Below are positions 1 through 9,518 of a DNA stretch of 64,000 nt, piece after piece; position 1 is the first letter of the stretch; every line of letters begins with the position of its first letter. The position numbers and the translations under genes were made by a program. Location: positions 553,664 through 617,663 of the forward strand of contig CAWHCC010000007.1 in the NCBI GenBank assembly GCA_963827805.1. The letters are read 5' to 3'. Source of the stretch: an uncultured Chloroflexia bacterium. Lineage in GTDB: Bacteria > Chloroflexota > Anaerolineae > Anaerolineales > UBA11858. The notes under the pieces were generated by a model. It did not search any database. It saw nothing but the letters and a program-made list of their open reading frames with translations, and was not told where the DNA came from.

Positions 1-544
1 AGCAACATCAGAAATGCAAAGTGAGCGTTTGTATCATAATACCATCCGTGATATTGCTTACTTAGATGCACCAAGTTTGCCTCGGTTGAGCCTGCCAAAA
101 ATGGATTTCATCGAGACCACGCGTAATGCTTTGTTCGAAACTTTCAACAGCCAGTTGAATATCAGTTTTGCCGGGAACAACTGGAGCGGTTCGAACGATA
201 CCTGTGGTTTCGTGGAAAACGGCACCATGTCCATTGCCTGGGATGGCGGGATCAGCCCTTGCTGGCCGCTGATGCACACGCACACCAGCTACTTGCATGG
301 GAAGCCGCGTATCAACAAAAAGCATGTAATTGGTAATGTGAAGGACCGCGGCTTACAAGATTTGTGGCTGGACCCGGAATACATTACGTATCGAGAGAAA
401 TTGCATAATTTTTCATTTGCACCCTGTACTTTCTGTGGTGGTTGCGATCTATCAGAAACCAATGAAGAAGATTGCATCGGCAACGACGAATTCCCGGTTT
501 GCGGCGGCTGCCTGTGGGCACAGGGCATTATCCAATGTCCGTGA
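1..544 (+). CDS. radical SAM/SPASM-domain maturase, C-terminal part (5' end lies outside the window); resembles tungsten-cofactor oxidoreductase maturases
   Basis: The frame is open from nt 2, upstream of the tracked Met. C-terminal Cys clusters (APCTFCGGCD, DCIG, PVCGGCLWAQGIIQCP) fit the SPASM auxiliary Fe-S pattern. It lies directly upstream of a MoaD-like gene and beside aor. Confidence 0.6.
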   Translation, partial: ATSEMQSERLYHNTIRDIAYLDAPSLPRLSLPKMDFIETTRNALFETFNSQLNISFAGNNWSGSNDTCGFVENGTMSIAWDGGISPCWPLMHTHTSYLHGKPRINKKHVIGNVKDRGLQDLWLDPEYITYREKLHNFSFAPCTFCGGCDLSETNEEDCIGNDEFPVCGGCLWAQGIIQCP

Positions 545-559
545 TGAAGGAGTTGCGCG

Positions 560-838
560 ATGAAAGTTAATTTTTATGCCACTTTGCGGGCGATTGTCGG
601 ACAGAAAACCGTCGAGGTCGATATGGCGCCAAACACAACTGCCCTGGAACTGGTCAACTTAGTTGCCGATGAATACCCGGATTTGCGCGCTGAACTTTTG
701 GATGCAGAACAGCGCTTCCAACGCCATATGAAATTATTTATTAACGGCCGGGAAGCCGTTTATTTGCAAGATCAGTTTGAAACCATTATCCAGCCCGATG
801 ATAAGGTGGATATTTTTCCCCCGGTGGGAGGTGGATAA
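560..838 (+). CDS. moaD: MoaD/ThiS-family sulfur-carrier protein
   Basis: 92 aa. The MKVNFYATLR start and the C-terminal PPVGGG (Gly-Gly terminus) are typical of MoaD. An AGGAG Shine-Dalgarno lies upstream. Confidence 0.75.
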   Translation: MKVNFYATLRAIVGQKTVEVDMAPNTTALELVNLVADEYPDLRAELLDAEQRFQRHMKLFINGREAVYLQDQFETIIQPDDKVDIFPPVGGG

Positions 839-1095
839 TGCAGAAGATTGAACGCGAAATCCGCGGAATTCCCCTCTTTCTTTTAGTGGAATATCTGGAA
901 GAAATGGGTGGTACCGTTATTGAAGAAGGGCACGTGAAAGGCCCGGGTTGGAACGTCTGGTTGCGGCGAATTGAGCCATTTCGTATTGGTTCCCTCGAAG
1001 TTGGACAATCCCATCTGAAATTTGAAATCGAAGATCATTTAGTCGATGATTTTATGGCAGTGTTTGGTCAGAAAACGCTCAGGGCAGGTGGCTAA
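838..1095 (+). CDS. small conserved hypothetical protein ending in Gly-Gly, coupled to moaD
   Basis: 85 aa. Its ATG overlaps the moaD stop (TAATG) and the C-terminus is RAGG. I recognise no family. Confidence 0.5.
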   Translation: MQKIEREIRGIPLFLLVEYLEEMGGTVIEEGHVKGPGWNVWLRRIEPFRIGSLEVGQSHLKFEIEDHLVDDFMAVFGQKTLRAGG

Positions 1096-1111
1096 ATCCT
1101 TTCCATTAGAG

Positions 1112-1148
1112 AAAAAAGATGGCGTGCATTTTCACACGCCATCTTTTG
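1112..1148. terminator. bidirectional intrinsic terminator between the moaD operon and aor
   Basis: A 10-bp stem (AGATGGCGTG / CACGCCATCT) is flanked by an A6 run upstream and a T4 run downstream. Confidence 0.55.
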
Positions 1149-1292
1149 ATTCTGATTACAAAGGCATTGTCCGTTTTTAATTTCCGAATTTACCCGGCAC
1201 TTTAACAGGACAATGTTAAAGGTTTGTCCGGTTGGTGTGCTCGCAATCTCGGAAGTTGTTTCCGGACAAACCCTAACTACTGAAAACTGAGA

Positions 1293-3143
1293 TCAGATAA
1301 TCTCCAGTTCTTTGAGTTTCGCTTCAGGGACAACGCCGTTTACCCAGCCGCGGGCCTCATAATATTCACCCAGCATATCTTCTAACTCGCAAACATGACC
1401 TTCGGAGCCGGGCATTGTGGATGGTTCTTCCGTGAACCGCTTGGGAAGCTCATCGCTGCCTGCGCCGAATCCCGCCAGGTTGTTGTAGTGGCGTTCCAGA
1501 TTGTAAATGCGCTCACCGGTCTTCATTACGTCATCCGCTGTGTAAGGAACGCCAACCATCGCAGAATATTGCATGGCATATTCGTCAGCACCTTGAGCAA
1601 AAGCGCTGAACTTGCAGATATCCATACTGTCGGAGAAAGCGTGGAAGTTCTGGAAGATCATCACCAATTCCCCTTTGCCTTTCCATTCCAACGGATCGAC
1701 CTTGAGCGAGTTGTAAGGCATCACGCCCAGCTCAGCCGCGGGAGTGTAGGCGCGTAAGTGACAGGCGCCACGGTTGGAGGTCGCGTAACCCAGGCCCTCA
1801 CCTTTGAGACCGCGCGGATCGTAAGCGGGGATGCCTTGTCCTTTGCACGTCATTGCCAACTCGGGATGCCCAAAATGTTCGGCCAGTGCTTCCGCACCTT
1901 CGGCCATCACATCACCTAGTCCTTCGCGCAGGGCAATCATCTCGGCGGCCTTGGTCATGCCGTCGGGATCAGCCCATTCCAGGGTGCCCTCGCCATTGGT
2001 ATAGCCTTTCTCGCTGGCTTCCATCCAGACCGAGAGTGGGTGACCAATTTCGATGGCATCGAAGCCAAAATCGTTGGAAAGATCAATCATTTTGGCGACC
2101 AACCGGGCATCGTTATTGCCGCAGTTAGCACCGACCGACCAGGCCGGTTCGTATTCGACCGATTCCATGCGCAAGCCTTTATAAGGCCCGTCTGTGATTT
2201 CAACTTCTTTTTTGCAGGCCACCGGACAGGCGTGGCAGGTGGGGTCATTCACCAGGATATTTTCTTTCACCCATTCACCACTGATCAATTCAGCGTCATC
2301 GCCAAAAGATGTCAACATACTGTTTTTGGCGGGTAAGGCCCCAATGCCGCTGGTGATGTTCATCAGCACGTTGGTGCCATAAACCGAAAGACCACCTTTG
2401 CGCGGGGAGGTGATGTTCTCCTCGGCCATGATGGTCTCTAACGCGCGTCGATGCGCTTTCTTCCAGGCCTCGCGGTTTTCAGCCTTTGTGATCTTCTTCT
2501 TGGCTTTGATTACGATGGCTTTCAGGTTTTTGCTGCCACCCACGCAGCCAGTGCCGCCGCGGCCGCTGGCGCGGTCATCTTCATTGATCCAGCATGCGAA
2601 TTTGACCAGATTCTCACCGGCCTGACCAATGGTAATCACTGTCAGGTCTTTTTCGCCATACTTCTCTTTGAAGTGCTTGATCGTATCGTGTACGCCCATC
2701 CCCCAAACTTCCGAAGCATCTTTCAGTTCAAGTTCGCCATTATTGATAAAGGCATAGACGGGTTTATCTGCTTTACCTTTGAAGACCAGGCCATCGTATC
2801 CGGCCCAGCGCAAGCGAGCCGCGCTCCAGCCGCCATGATGGCTGTCGGTAACGGTACCCGTCAACGGCGATTTTGTGACGACAGCCATTCTACCGCTCAT
2901 ATTGGCTTCTGAACCCGTCAACGGACCGTTCATGAAGCATAAGAGATTGTCTGGTGAGAGCGGGTCTACCTGTGGCCCATTATCGAACACGAATTTGACA
3001 CCTAAACCTCGTCCACCAATATATTTAAGGGCTAAATCTTTCGGGACAGGTTTTAGTTCCACCTTTCCTTCTGTTAAATCAATCCAAGCAATTTGATTTG
3101 CGTAACCACCGAGATCCATCTTTGTGTAACCACCGAGTGCCAT
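1293..3143 (-). CDS. aor: tungsten-containing aldehyde:ferredoxin oxidoreductase
   Basis: 616 aa, a typical AOR length and sequence throughout (N-terminal LGGRGLG, CHACPVAC Fe-S region, GLGYATSNRGACHLR). AGGAG lies 8 nt before the ATG. Confidence 0.9.
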   Translation of the reverse strand: MALGGYTKMDLGGYANQIAWIDLTEGKVELKPVPKDLALKYIGGRGLGVKFVFDNGPQVDPLSPDNLLCFMNGPLTGSEANMSGRMAVVTKSPLTGTVTDSHHGGWSAARLRWAGYDGLVFKGKADKPVYAFINNGELELKDASEVWGMGVHDTIKHFKEKYGEKDLTVITIGQAGENLVKFACWINEDDRASGRGGTGCVGGSKNLKAIVIKAKKKITKAENREAWKKAHRRALETIMAEENITSPRKGGLSVYGTNVLMNITSGIGALPAKNSMLTSFGDDAELISGEWVKENILVNDPTCHACPVACKKEVEITDGPYKGLRMESVEYEPAWSVGANCGNNDARLVAKMIDLSNDFGFDAIEIGHPLSVWMEASEKGYTNGEGTLEWADPDGMTKAAEMIALREGLGDVMAEGAEALAEHFGHPELAMTCKGQGIPAYDPRGLKGEGLGYATSNRGACHLRAYTPAAELGVMPYNSLKVDPLEWKGKGELVMIFQNFHAFSDSMDICKFSAFAQGADEYAMQYSAMVGVPYTADDVMKTGERIYNLERHYNNLAGFGAGSDELPKRFTEEPSTMPGSEGHVCELEDMLGEYYEARGWVNGVVPEAKLKELEII

Positions 3144-3313
3144 GCTTTGTTCTCCTTTCTATTCTGTTTGAAAATTTCGGAATCGCTAGTTTAAAATTTA
3201 TCAAACTTTGTCATATCTCACAAGTGACGAACTGCTTAATTTGCCAATTTTCCTTGCAGCAATATTATCTTAATGCTAAAATTGTTTTTAACTTTAAATT
3301 ATTCTTTATAGTC

Positions 3314-4312
3314 ATGAAGCGCACGGATACCCTCCAATCTTTAGATGTCATCAAAGTTTTAGGCAACCCCCGCAGGGTTGAAATTTTGCAATTGCTGATG
3401 GCCGAACCGGCCACGCTTTCGCAGTTGGGCCGCGCCATGAATATCCACGCGGCCAAAGTCCGGCATCACCTGAAGCAGTTGGAAGATGTCGGATTGGTGG
3501 AATTTGTCCGCTCGCAGGAAGTGCGCGGCTTTGTGGAGAAATATTATCAGGCCGCAGCCCAGGCTTATTTTGTGAATTACGCGGTTTTGCCGCAGCCCGG
3601 CCAGCAGGGGACGATCTTCGCTTTGGGGAGTCACGATCTGGCCTTGGAACTGCTCGCTGACCATTTAGGGGCGGATGACCGCATCCCGAACCTGGTCGCC
3701 CTCCCGGTCGGCAGCCTGGACGGTTTGATCGCCCTGCGTCAGGGATTCTGCCAGTTGACGGGCTGCCATCTCTTTGACCCGGTGGGGGGCGAGTACAACA
3801 CCTCCTACGTGCGCCATCTCTTCCCGGGGCAGCCGATGCACGTGGTCACGCTGGCCCACCGCGAGCAGGGGCTGTTGGTCGCTCCCGGGAACCCGCGGCA
3901 AGTCCGGAGCCTTGAAGATTTAGGGCGCGAGGACCTGACCTTCATAAACCGCAAGACTGGGTCGGGGACGCGTCTGTGGCTGGATCAGCAATTGCGGATC
4001 CTGGGCGTAGAGTCCGCTCAAATTAGGGGTTATTCCCAGGAGGTTAGCACCCACTCACAAGTTGCCGGGGCGGTGCTCCGGGGCGAGGCTGATTTCGGGG
4101 TCGGGGTTTTAGCCGTGGCCAGGCAGTCCAATCTTGATTTTATTCCCTTATTCGAAGAACGCTTTGATTTGGTCCTCCCCGATGATCACTATCAGAGCGC
4201 TTTATTATTACCTGCGTTAGCGTATTTGCAAACCGCCGAATTCCGGTCCGCGGTGCACGGGCTTGGAGGCTACGATCCGCAGGAAACCGGGAAGGAAACA
4301 CAGTTAACTTAA
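3314..4312 (+). CDS. transcriptional regulator: ArsR-type winged HTH plus a C-terminal periplasmic-binding-protein-like (COG1910-type oxyanion-binding) domain
   Basis: I chose the internal ATG at 3314, because the N-terminal 72 aa of the tracked ORF look non-coding. The HTH is VLGNPRRVEILQLL..LSQLGRAMNIHAAKVRHHLKQLE. The C-terminal domain is of the type fused to Mo/W-responsive regulators. The gene is divergent from aor. Confidence 0.7.
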   Translation: MKRTDTLQSLDVIKVLGNPRRVEILQLLMAEPATLSQLGRAMNIHAAKVRHHLKQLEDVGLVEFVRSQEVRGFVEKYYQAAAQAYFVNYAVLPQPGQQGTIFALGSHDLALELLADHLGADDRIPNLVALPVGSLDGLIALRQGFCQLTGCHLFDPVGGEYNTSYVRHLFPGQPMHVVTLAHREQGLLVAPGNPRQVRSLEDLGREDLTFINRKTGSGTRLWLDQQLRILGVESAQIRGYSQEVSTHSQVAGAVLRGEADFGVGVLAVARQSNLDFIPLFEERFDLVLPDDHYQSALLLPALAYLQTAEFRSAVHGLGGYDPQETGKETQLT

Positions 4313-4338
4313 ACCCAATTTTACTTTAGGAGCAAACA

Positions 4339-5775
4339 ATGAAGAAACTACTCATCACCCTGGCATTGATTTTGTTTGTGTTGTTTTCGGCTAGCTGTTC
4401 AACGGCTGAAGAAGCAGCGTCTACCGAACCCACGGTAGAGGTAGAGGCCCCCAGTAGCGATACAGTTTTAGAGATCATTGGTTTGGATGAGAGCATATCT
4501 CTGTCTATGTCCGACTTGCAAAACCTGGCCGTCACCGAAGGTTGGGGCGGCACCAAAAGCAGTGCGGGCGTGATCTCTCCGCCGCAGCAAACGAAAGGTG
4601 TCACCATCCTCGATCTGGCTGAACTGGTTGGTGGTCTGGAACCGGGGATGGGCGTCAATGTGGTTGCCAAAGACGGTTATGGGATGACCATGTCGTATGA
4701 ACAGATTGCTGAAGGGGATTACATTACATACGATCCCGGTACAGGGAATGAAAATTCGGTTGACAGTTTCCTGCAAACCATTGTGGCCTTCGAGCGTGAT
4801 GGTGAACCGATCCCTGATGACGAAGATGGCCCCCTGCGCCTGTTCATCGTCAGCGAGAAAAATGACAACGTGGTCGACGGGCACTGGACCGTTAAATGGG
4901 TCACAGAGATCAGGCTTAAGCCGATGTCTGAAGAGTGGTCGCTGTACCTGGAGGGCGCGCTGACCGAGGAGATGGACCGCAACTCTTTTGAGTCCTGTTC
5001 TGCTCCGGGCTGCCATCAGGCGGTCTGGACGGATGCCGACGGCAACGAGTGGACCGGCGTGCCGCTCTATTATCTGGCGGGCCGGATGGACGGCGGCAAC
5101 CAGCACGAAGACCGGGCCTACGATGACGATTTTGCCAAAGCTGGTTATATTTTGCAGCTTTTCGCCGCGGATGGTTACAACGTCGGCATCGAAAGTGAGC
5201 GCACGATTTTCAACCGCGATTTGTTTGTCGCCTGGATGGTCAACGGCGAGCCTTTGGATGAGAAACACTTCCCCCTGCGGCTGGTGGGTGCGGGCCTGGA
5301 AACCAGCGAAATGATCGGGCAGTTAGCCCAGATCATCATCCAGCCGAATGCAGGGGTGGCGATGCCCTCGGAGGCCCCCGCGGATGCGGCGGCAGAACCC
5401 GTTGAATTGATTTTGCCCGAAGGCGCGGCGGTCATGCTCTTCGGCAAAGTGATGAACCGGCTGACCCTCGGGATGGAAAACCTCCAGGCCATGAATGTGG
5501 TTGAACTGGAAGCCGAACATCCCAAGCAGGGGATGCAGACTTATCAGGGAATCCGCCTGAACGACCTGCTCAATTTGGCGGGTGCGGATGCTGCTGCCGC
5601 CACGCTGGTGATCACAGCCAGTGATGGCTATGCTGCGGAGGCCAGTTTAGCTGAAATCCGGGATTGTGAGGGTTGCCTGCTGGCCTTCGCCGAAGATGAC
5701 ACCCTCAGCATGGTCATGCCAGGGTTGCAGAGCAACTTCTGGGTCAAGGAAGTCAACTTCCTGGAAGTGAAATAA
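4339..5775 (+). CDS. lipoprotein made of three tandem domains resembling the molybdopterin-oxidoreductase substrate/cofactor domain fold (function unknown)
   Basis: Signal peptide with lipobox (LFSASC) and an AGGAG Shine-Dalgarno. Three roughly 130-150 aa modules are present. The last module is clearly homologous to the 7981-8415 protein. Confidence 0.7.
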   Translation: MKKLLITLALILFVLFSASCSTAEEAASTEPTVEVEAPSSDTVLEIIGLDESISLSMSDLQNLAVTEGWGGTKSSAGVISPPQQTKGVTILDLAELVGGLEPGMGVNVVAKDGYGMTMSYEQIAEGDYITYDPGTGNENSVDSFLQTIVAFERDGEPIPDDEDGPLRLFIVSEKNDNVVDGHWTVKWVTEIRLKPMSEEWSLYLEGALTEEMDRNSFESCSAPGCHQAVWTDADGNEWTGVPLYYLAGRMDGGNQHEDRAYDDDFAKAGYILQLFAADGYNVGIESERTIFNRDLFVAWMVNGEPLDEKHFPLRLVGAGLETSEMIGQLAQIIIQPNAGVAMPSEAPADAAAEPVELILPEGAAVMLFGKVMNRLTLGMENLQAMNVVELEAEHPKQGMQTYQGIRLNDLLNLAGADAAAATLVITASDGYAAEASLAEIRDCEGCLLAFAEDDTLSMVMPGLQSNFWVKEVNFLEVK

Positions 5776-5843
5776 TTTTTGAACACGAATGCCACGGACT
5801 GCACAGATTCGTGCGGATTATTGTTTTTCACTACAAAGGCACA

Positions 5844-6939
5844 ATGAAACATAAAGCCACAACAAAAAACAAAAAACTTAGTGGAACTTTGTGCCTTTGT
5901 GTCTTTGTGGTGCTGTTGAGTTTTGTGCTGTCTGCTTGCCGCTCGGATCCAAAAACCCCACTGACCGTGTTCATCGCCGGCAGCTTGATGGTTCCTTTCG
6001 ATGAGTTGGAGCAGGCCTATGAAGAGCTGCATCCCGAAATCGATGTGCGCGTCGAGGCCCACGGTAGCATCCAGGTTATCCGCCATGTGACCGAAATCCA
6101 TGACCGGATCGATGTGGTCGTGCCCGCGGATTATGCGCTGATCCCGCTGTTGATGTACGAAAACCCCGTTCCCAAAAGCGGCGAGCCTTACGCCGATTGG
6201 TATATCAAATTTGCCAGCAACCGTGTGGTGTTGGCCTACCAACCGGGGAGCCTCGCCGCGGATGAAGTGAACGCCGAAAACTGGTTCGACGTGATCGCCC
6301 GCCCGGAGGTCAAGTTTGGCCTTTCTGATCCGCGCATGGATGCTGCGGGTTACCGCTCCCTGATGATTGTGCAGTTAGCCGAAAATTTCTACAACGACCC
6401 CACCATTTTCGAGCGCATTTACCTGGGCCGCTTCAAAGAGCCGCTCGCGCGTCGAAAAATCGGGTGACCGGCAAATGATCCGCGTCCCAGAATTGCTGGA
6501 AACTGTCCCGGACTCGAATATCGTGCTGCGCGGCGGCAGTGTGGCCTTACTGGCCTTGCTTAAATCCGGCGATATCGACTACGCCTTCGAGTACGCGAGC
6601 GTGGCCCAGCAGCACGGCCTCCGCTATGTGGAACTGCCGCCCGAACTCAACCTGGGTGATCCAACTCACGCCACCGGTTATGCCCGCGTGCAGGTGCGCC
6701 TAGATTTTCAGCGATTTTCCTCGGTCAAGCCGGAATTCAATGGTGAGGTCATTGGCTATGGCGTCACCATCCCCTCGAACGCGCCCAACCCGGATGAAGC
6801 CCAGAAATTTGTAGAATTCTTACTCGGTTCCGAAGGTGCTGCCATTATGGAAGCGAACAGCCATCCCGAGTTTGACACGCCCCAGGTGGATAACTGCGCC
6901 GCTGTGCCGGAAAATTTGAAACACTTTTGTGATGATTGA
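5844..6939 (+). pseudogene. wtpA: tungstate/molybdate ABC transporter substrate-binding lipoprotein WtpA, interrupted by a +1 frameshift
   Basis: The two tracked ORFs (5811-6467 and 6475-6939) are the two halves of one WtpA-like protein (ADWYIKFASNRVVLAY, GYRSLMIVQLAE..YNDPTIF, then SGDIDYAFEYASVAQQHG). Deleting one A from the A5 run at 6455-6459 restores a single frame. Lipobox LSAC. Confidence 0.75.
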
Positions 6940-6943
6940 CCCT

Positions 6944-6987
6944 GTAGGGAGCGCGTTCCTGTCAGGAACGCGCTCCCTACATTTTTA
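6944..6987 (+). terminator. strong hairpin plus T5 between wtpA and wtpB (intra-operon attenuator)
   Basis: A perfect stem of about 17 bp (GTAGGGAGCGCGTTCCT / AGGAACGCGCTCCCTAC) is followed by TTTTT. It ends 8 nt before the wtpB ATG. Confidence 0.6.
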
Positions 6988-6994
6988 GATTGAT

Positions 6995-7804
6995 ATGCCC
7001 GCCCCGATAACACTCCGCTCCAAAAAGATCGACTGGTTCGTGATCAGTTTTACCCTGATCGGCGGTGCTTTGCTGCTCTTTGTCTTTCTGCCGGTGCTGA
7101 CGACTCTCCTCGGGACGGGGATTACGCTCCTCGGGGAAACCCTCCGCGATCCCGCAGTCTGGTCCGCGTTGTGGCTGACGTTTTCCGCCGCGCTCTGGGC
7201 TACGATCCTGGCTTTCCTCAGCGGGATCCCGTTGGCTTACCTGCTGGCGCGTTACGAATTCCGAGGCAAGCCCTGGATCGAAGGGCTGATTAACCTGCCC
7301 ATCGTGATTCCGCACACTGCCGCGGGGATCGCGCTGCTGATGGTCTTCGGGCGGCAGACAATTTTGGGCCAGTTCTTCGCCCGTTTTGGGATCAGTTTCG
7401 TGGATCAACTACCCGGTATTGTCGTCGGGATGCTGTTCGTCAGCCTGCCATTTTTGGTCAATGGTGCCCGCGAGGCTTTCGCGCTGGTCGATCCTGAACT
7501 GGAGCGCGTAGCCCTTTCGGATGGGGCATCCCGCTGGCAGGCTTTTTTCCTGGTCACGCTGCCATTGGCCTGGCGCGGCGTGATGGCCGGGGCTTTGATG
7601 ATGTGGGGCCGCGGTATCAGTGAGTTTGGTGCAGTGGTAATTCTGGCCTACCATCCCAAAACCATGCCGGTGCTGGTCTACGAGCGCTTTTACAGCTTCG
7701 GGTTATCCGCCGCCCAACCGGTGGCCGTCATCCTGATTTTGGCAGCCCTGCTCGTTTTCGTGCTGGTGCAAATTTTATCCCGCGTCCGGGGTAAGCCGCT
7801 TTGA
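6995..7804 (+). CDS. wtpB: ABC transporter permease (WtpB/ModB type)
   Basis: 269 aa and polytopic. It carries the ABC permease EAA-like loop (LSDGASRWQAFFLVTLPLA) and follows wtpA. Confidence 0.8.
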   Translation: MPAPITLRSKKIDWFVISFTLIGGALLLFVFLPVLTTLLGTGITLLGETLRDPAVWSALWLTFSAALWATILAFLSGIPLAYLLARYEFRGKPWIEGLINLPIVIPHTAAGIALLMVFGRQTILGQFFARFGISFVDQLPGIVVGMLFVSLPFLVNGAREAFALVDPELERVALSDGASRWQAFFLVTLPLAWRGVMAGALMMWGRGISEFGAVVILAYHPKTMPVLVYERFYSFGLSAAQPVAVILILAALLVFVLVQILSRVRGKPL

Positions 7805-7980
7805 AATGGAAATTCAATTTCGCGCAGCCTGTGGTCGTCAAGCGCAGGTTAGACAAAAACTGGGCTTACGCAGAGACGCCTTCTTTTTTTCCACACAATT
7901 TCTCAAAGAGCCAGAAAAACTTTAAAAGTGAACGTTCCGTGGGAATGATTAAAAACCATTTTTCAAAAGGAGAAAATTTC

Positions 7981-8415
7981 ATGAAATCCCTCAAAACGCT
8001 ATGCATCGTACTGATTGTCTCGGCTTTGCTGCTGGCTGCCTGTTCAACAGGCGGCGGTGGCGAAGTGGCCCTAAAAGTGACCGGCAGTGTGGCCAACGAG
8101 CAAGCCTGGACGGAAGCCCAGGTTAAAGCCATGGACACGCTGGAAGTCGAGTCCACCAACAAAGATGGCGAAACCAAAAGTTATACCGGTGTGCTGATCA
8201 CGGACCTGCTGGCTGAGGCGCAGCCGAATGCAGACGCTGCGACAGTAGTTTTTGTGGCCGATGACGGCTACACCGCCGAAATCACTCTGGAAGAACTGAA
8301 TGCCTGCGCTGACTGTATTGTCTCCTTCCGCGACCAGGACGGGTTCAGCACGGTCATGCCCGATTTCTCTGGCAAATTGCAAGTAAAAGGTGTGGTCGAA
8401 ATTCAGGTAAAGTGA
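7981..8415 (+). CDS. single-domain lipoprotein homologous to the C-terminal module of the 4339-5775 protein
   Basis: I used the ATG at 7981, which has AAAGGAG 8 nt upstream. Lipobox LLAAC. DDGYTAEITLEEL..CADCIVSF..MPDF aligns with SDGYAAEASLAEI..CEGCLLAF..MPGL of the larger protein. Confidence 0.75.
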   Translation: MKSLKTLCIVLIVSALLLAACSTGGGGEVALKVTGSVANEQAWTEAQVKAMDTLEVESTNKDGETKSYTGVLITDLLAEAQPNADAATVVFVADDGYTAEITLEELNACADCIVSFRDQDGFSTVMPDFSGKLQVKGVVEIQVK

Positions 8416-8463
8416 AGGCCCCTGATAGAAAAAATCTCTTGGTTTATTTCCGAATAGGAGTCA

Positions 8464-9327
8464 ATGATGAAGCTTTCAACAACATTAAGCCGATTTTTAA
8501 GCCTTGTACTTTTTTTTGGTTTTACACTGGCGGCTTGTAGTCAAGGAAAGCCTGAAAACCCAGATATGATTCTGGCAACCACCACCAGCACCCAAGATTC
8601 CGGTTTGCTGGATGAGTTGATTCCAGTTTTCGAGCAAGAATCAGGTTATGTGGTCAAAATTATTGCAGTTGGCACGGGCAAAGCCTTGTCGATGGGCCGA
8701 GAAGGTAATGCCGACTTGCTTCTGGTACACGCTCCCGCTTCTGAAAAAGAATTTATGCAAGAAGGCTATGGTCAAGAGCGGTTCCTGATTATGCACAATG
8801 ATTTTGTAATCGTCGGTCCTGATAACGATCCTGCAGGTGTGAAAGGGATGGATGATCCCGTAGCCGCAATGAAACTAATCGCCAATTCGGATTCTCTTTG
8901 GATATCACGTGGGGATGATTCAGGTACCAATAAAAAAGAGAAGACTTATTGGGAGCAAACTGGTATCACGCCAGAGGGTGAGTGGTTCCTGGAATCAGGG
9001 CAGGGTATGGGAGCTACGCTGCAAATTGCTTCGGAGAAGGATGCTTATACCCTGACAGACCGGGCTACTTATCTGTTTTTGATGGAAAACTTGTTTTCTA
9101 AAATATTGGTAGAAGGGAATGAATCCTTACTCAACGTTTATCATACAATGACGGTAAATCCAGATATGTGGGAGCACGTCAATAATGAGGGGGCTAAGGC
9201 CCTCGCAGCGTTCTTGATTTCTGATGAAACTCAGGATATGATTCGAGAATATGGCGTGGAAAAATTTGGCCAACCATTATTTTTCCCAGATGCTGATAAG
9301 ACAGATGCTGACCTGGGACTGGATTAA
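8464..9327 (+). CDS. tupA: tungstate ABC transporter substrate-binding lipoprotein (TupA type)
   Basis: Lipobox TLAAC. The TTTSTQDSGLLDEL and HAPASEKEF motifs are characteristic of TupA-family binding proteins. Confidence 0.8.
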   Translation: MMKLSTTLSRFLSLVLFFGFTLAACSQGKPENPDMILATTTSTQDSGLLDELIPVFEQESGYVVKIIAVGTGKALSMGREGNADLLLVHAPASEKEFMQEGYGQERFLIMHNDFVIVGPDNDPAGVKGMDDPVAAMKLIANSDSLWISRGDDSGTNKKEKTYWEQTGITPEGEWFLESGQGMGATLQIASEKDAYTLTDRATYLFLMENLFSKILVEGNESLLNVYHTMTVNPDMWEHVNNEGAKALAAFLISDETQDMIREYGVEKFGQPLFFPDADKTDADLGLD

Positions 9328-9455
9328 ATGATGAAGTGGAGATACCCTGCCGCGATTAACAAGGTATCTTCAAACGGAAAAAGCTTTACGTGAATATGCT
9401 AACGGATTAGTACCTGCGCTTTTTCCGCATAGACGGAATTGGTAATCAAAGTGAC

Positions 9456-9490
9456 AAACGCGGATTGATTTAAATAATCCCGCGTTTTCT
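9456..9490 (+). terminator. terminator-like hairpin between tupA and tupB (attenuator)
   Basis: ACGCGGATT / AATCC(C)GCGT stem with one bulge, followed by TTTT. It lies in a 190-bp gap inside the operon. Confidence 0.45.
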
Positions 9491-9518
9491 ATCTTTTCTT
9501 GTACGATTGGATATCTGA

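Noticed and set aside
1395-2912. ORFs antisense to aor (1395-1757, 1853-2128, 2040-2336, 2451-2912 and others). Similar long shadow ORFs lie inside the pullulanase (22558-23535, 21850-22407), the 4339-5775 gene (4468-5268), the giant secreted protein and glnA.
   Set aside because: They lie entirely within strongly supported genes on the opposite strand. They have low-complexity Arg/Pro/Gly-rich translations and no Shine-Dalgarno or promoter context, which is typical of shadow ORFs.
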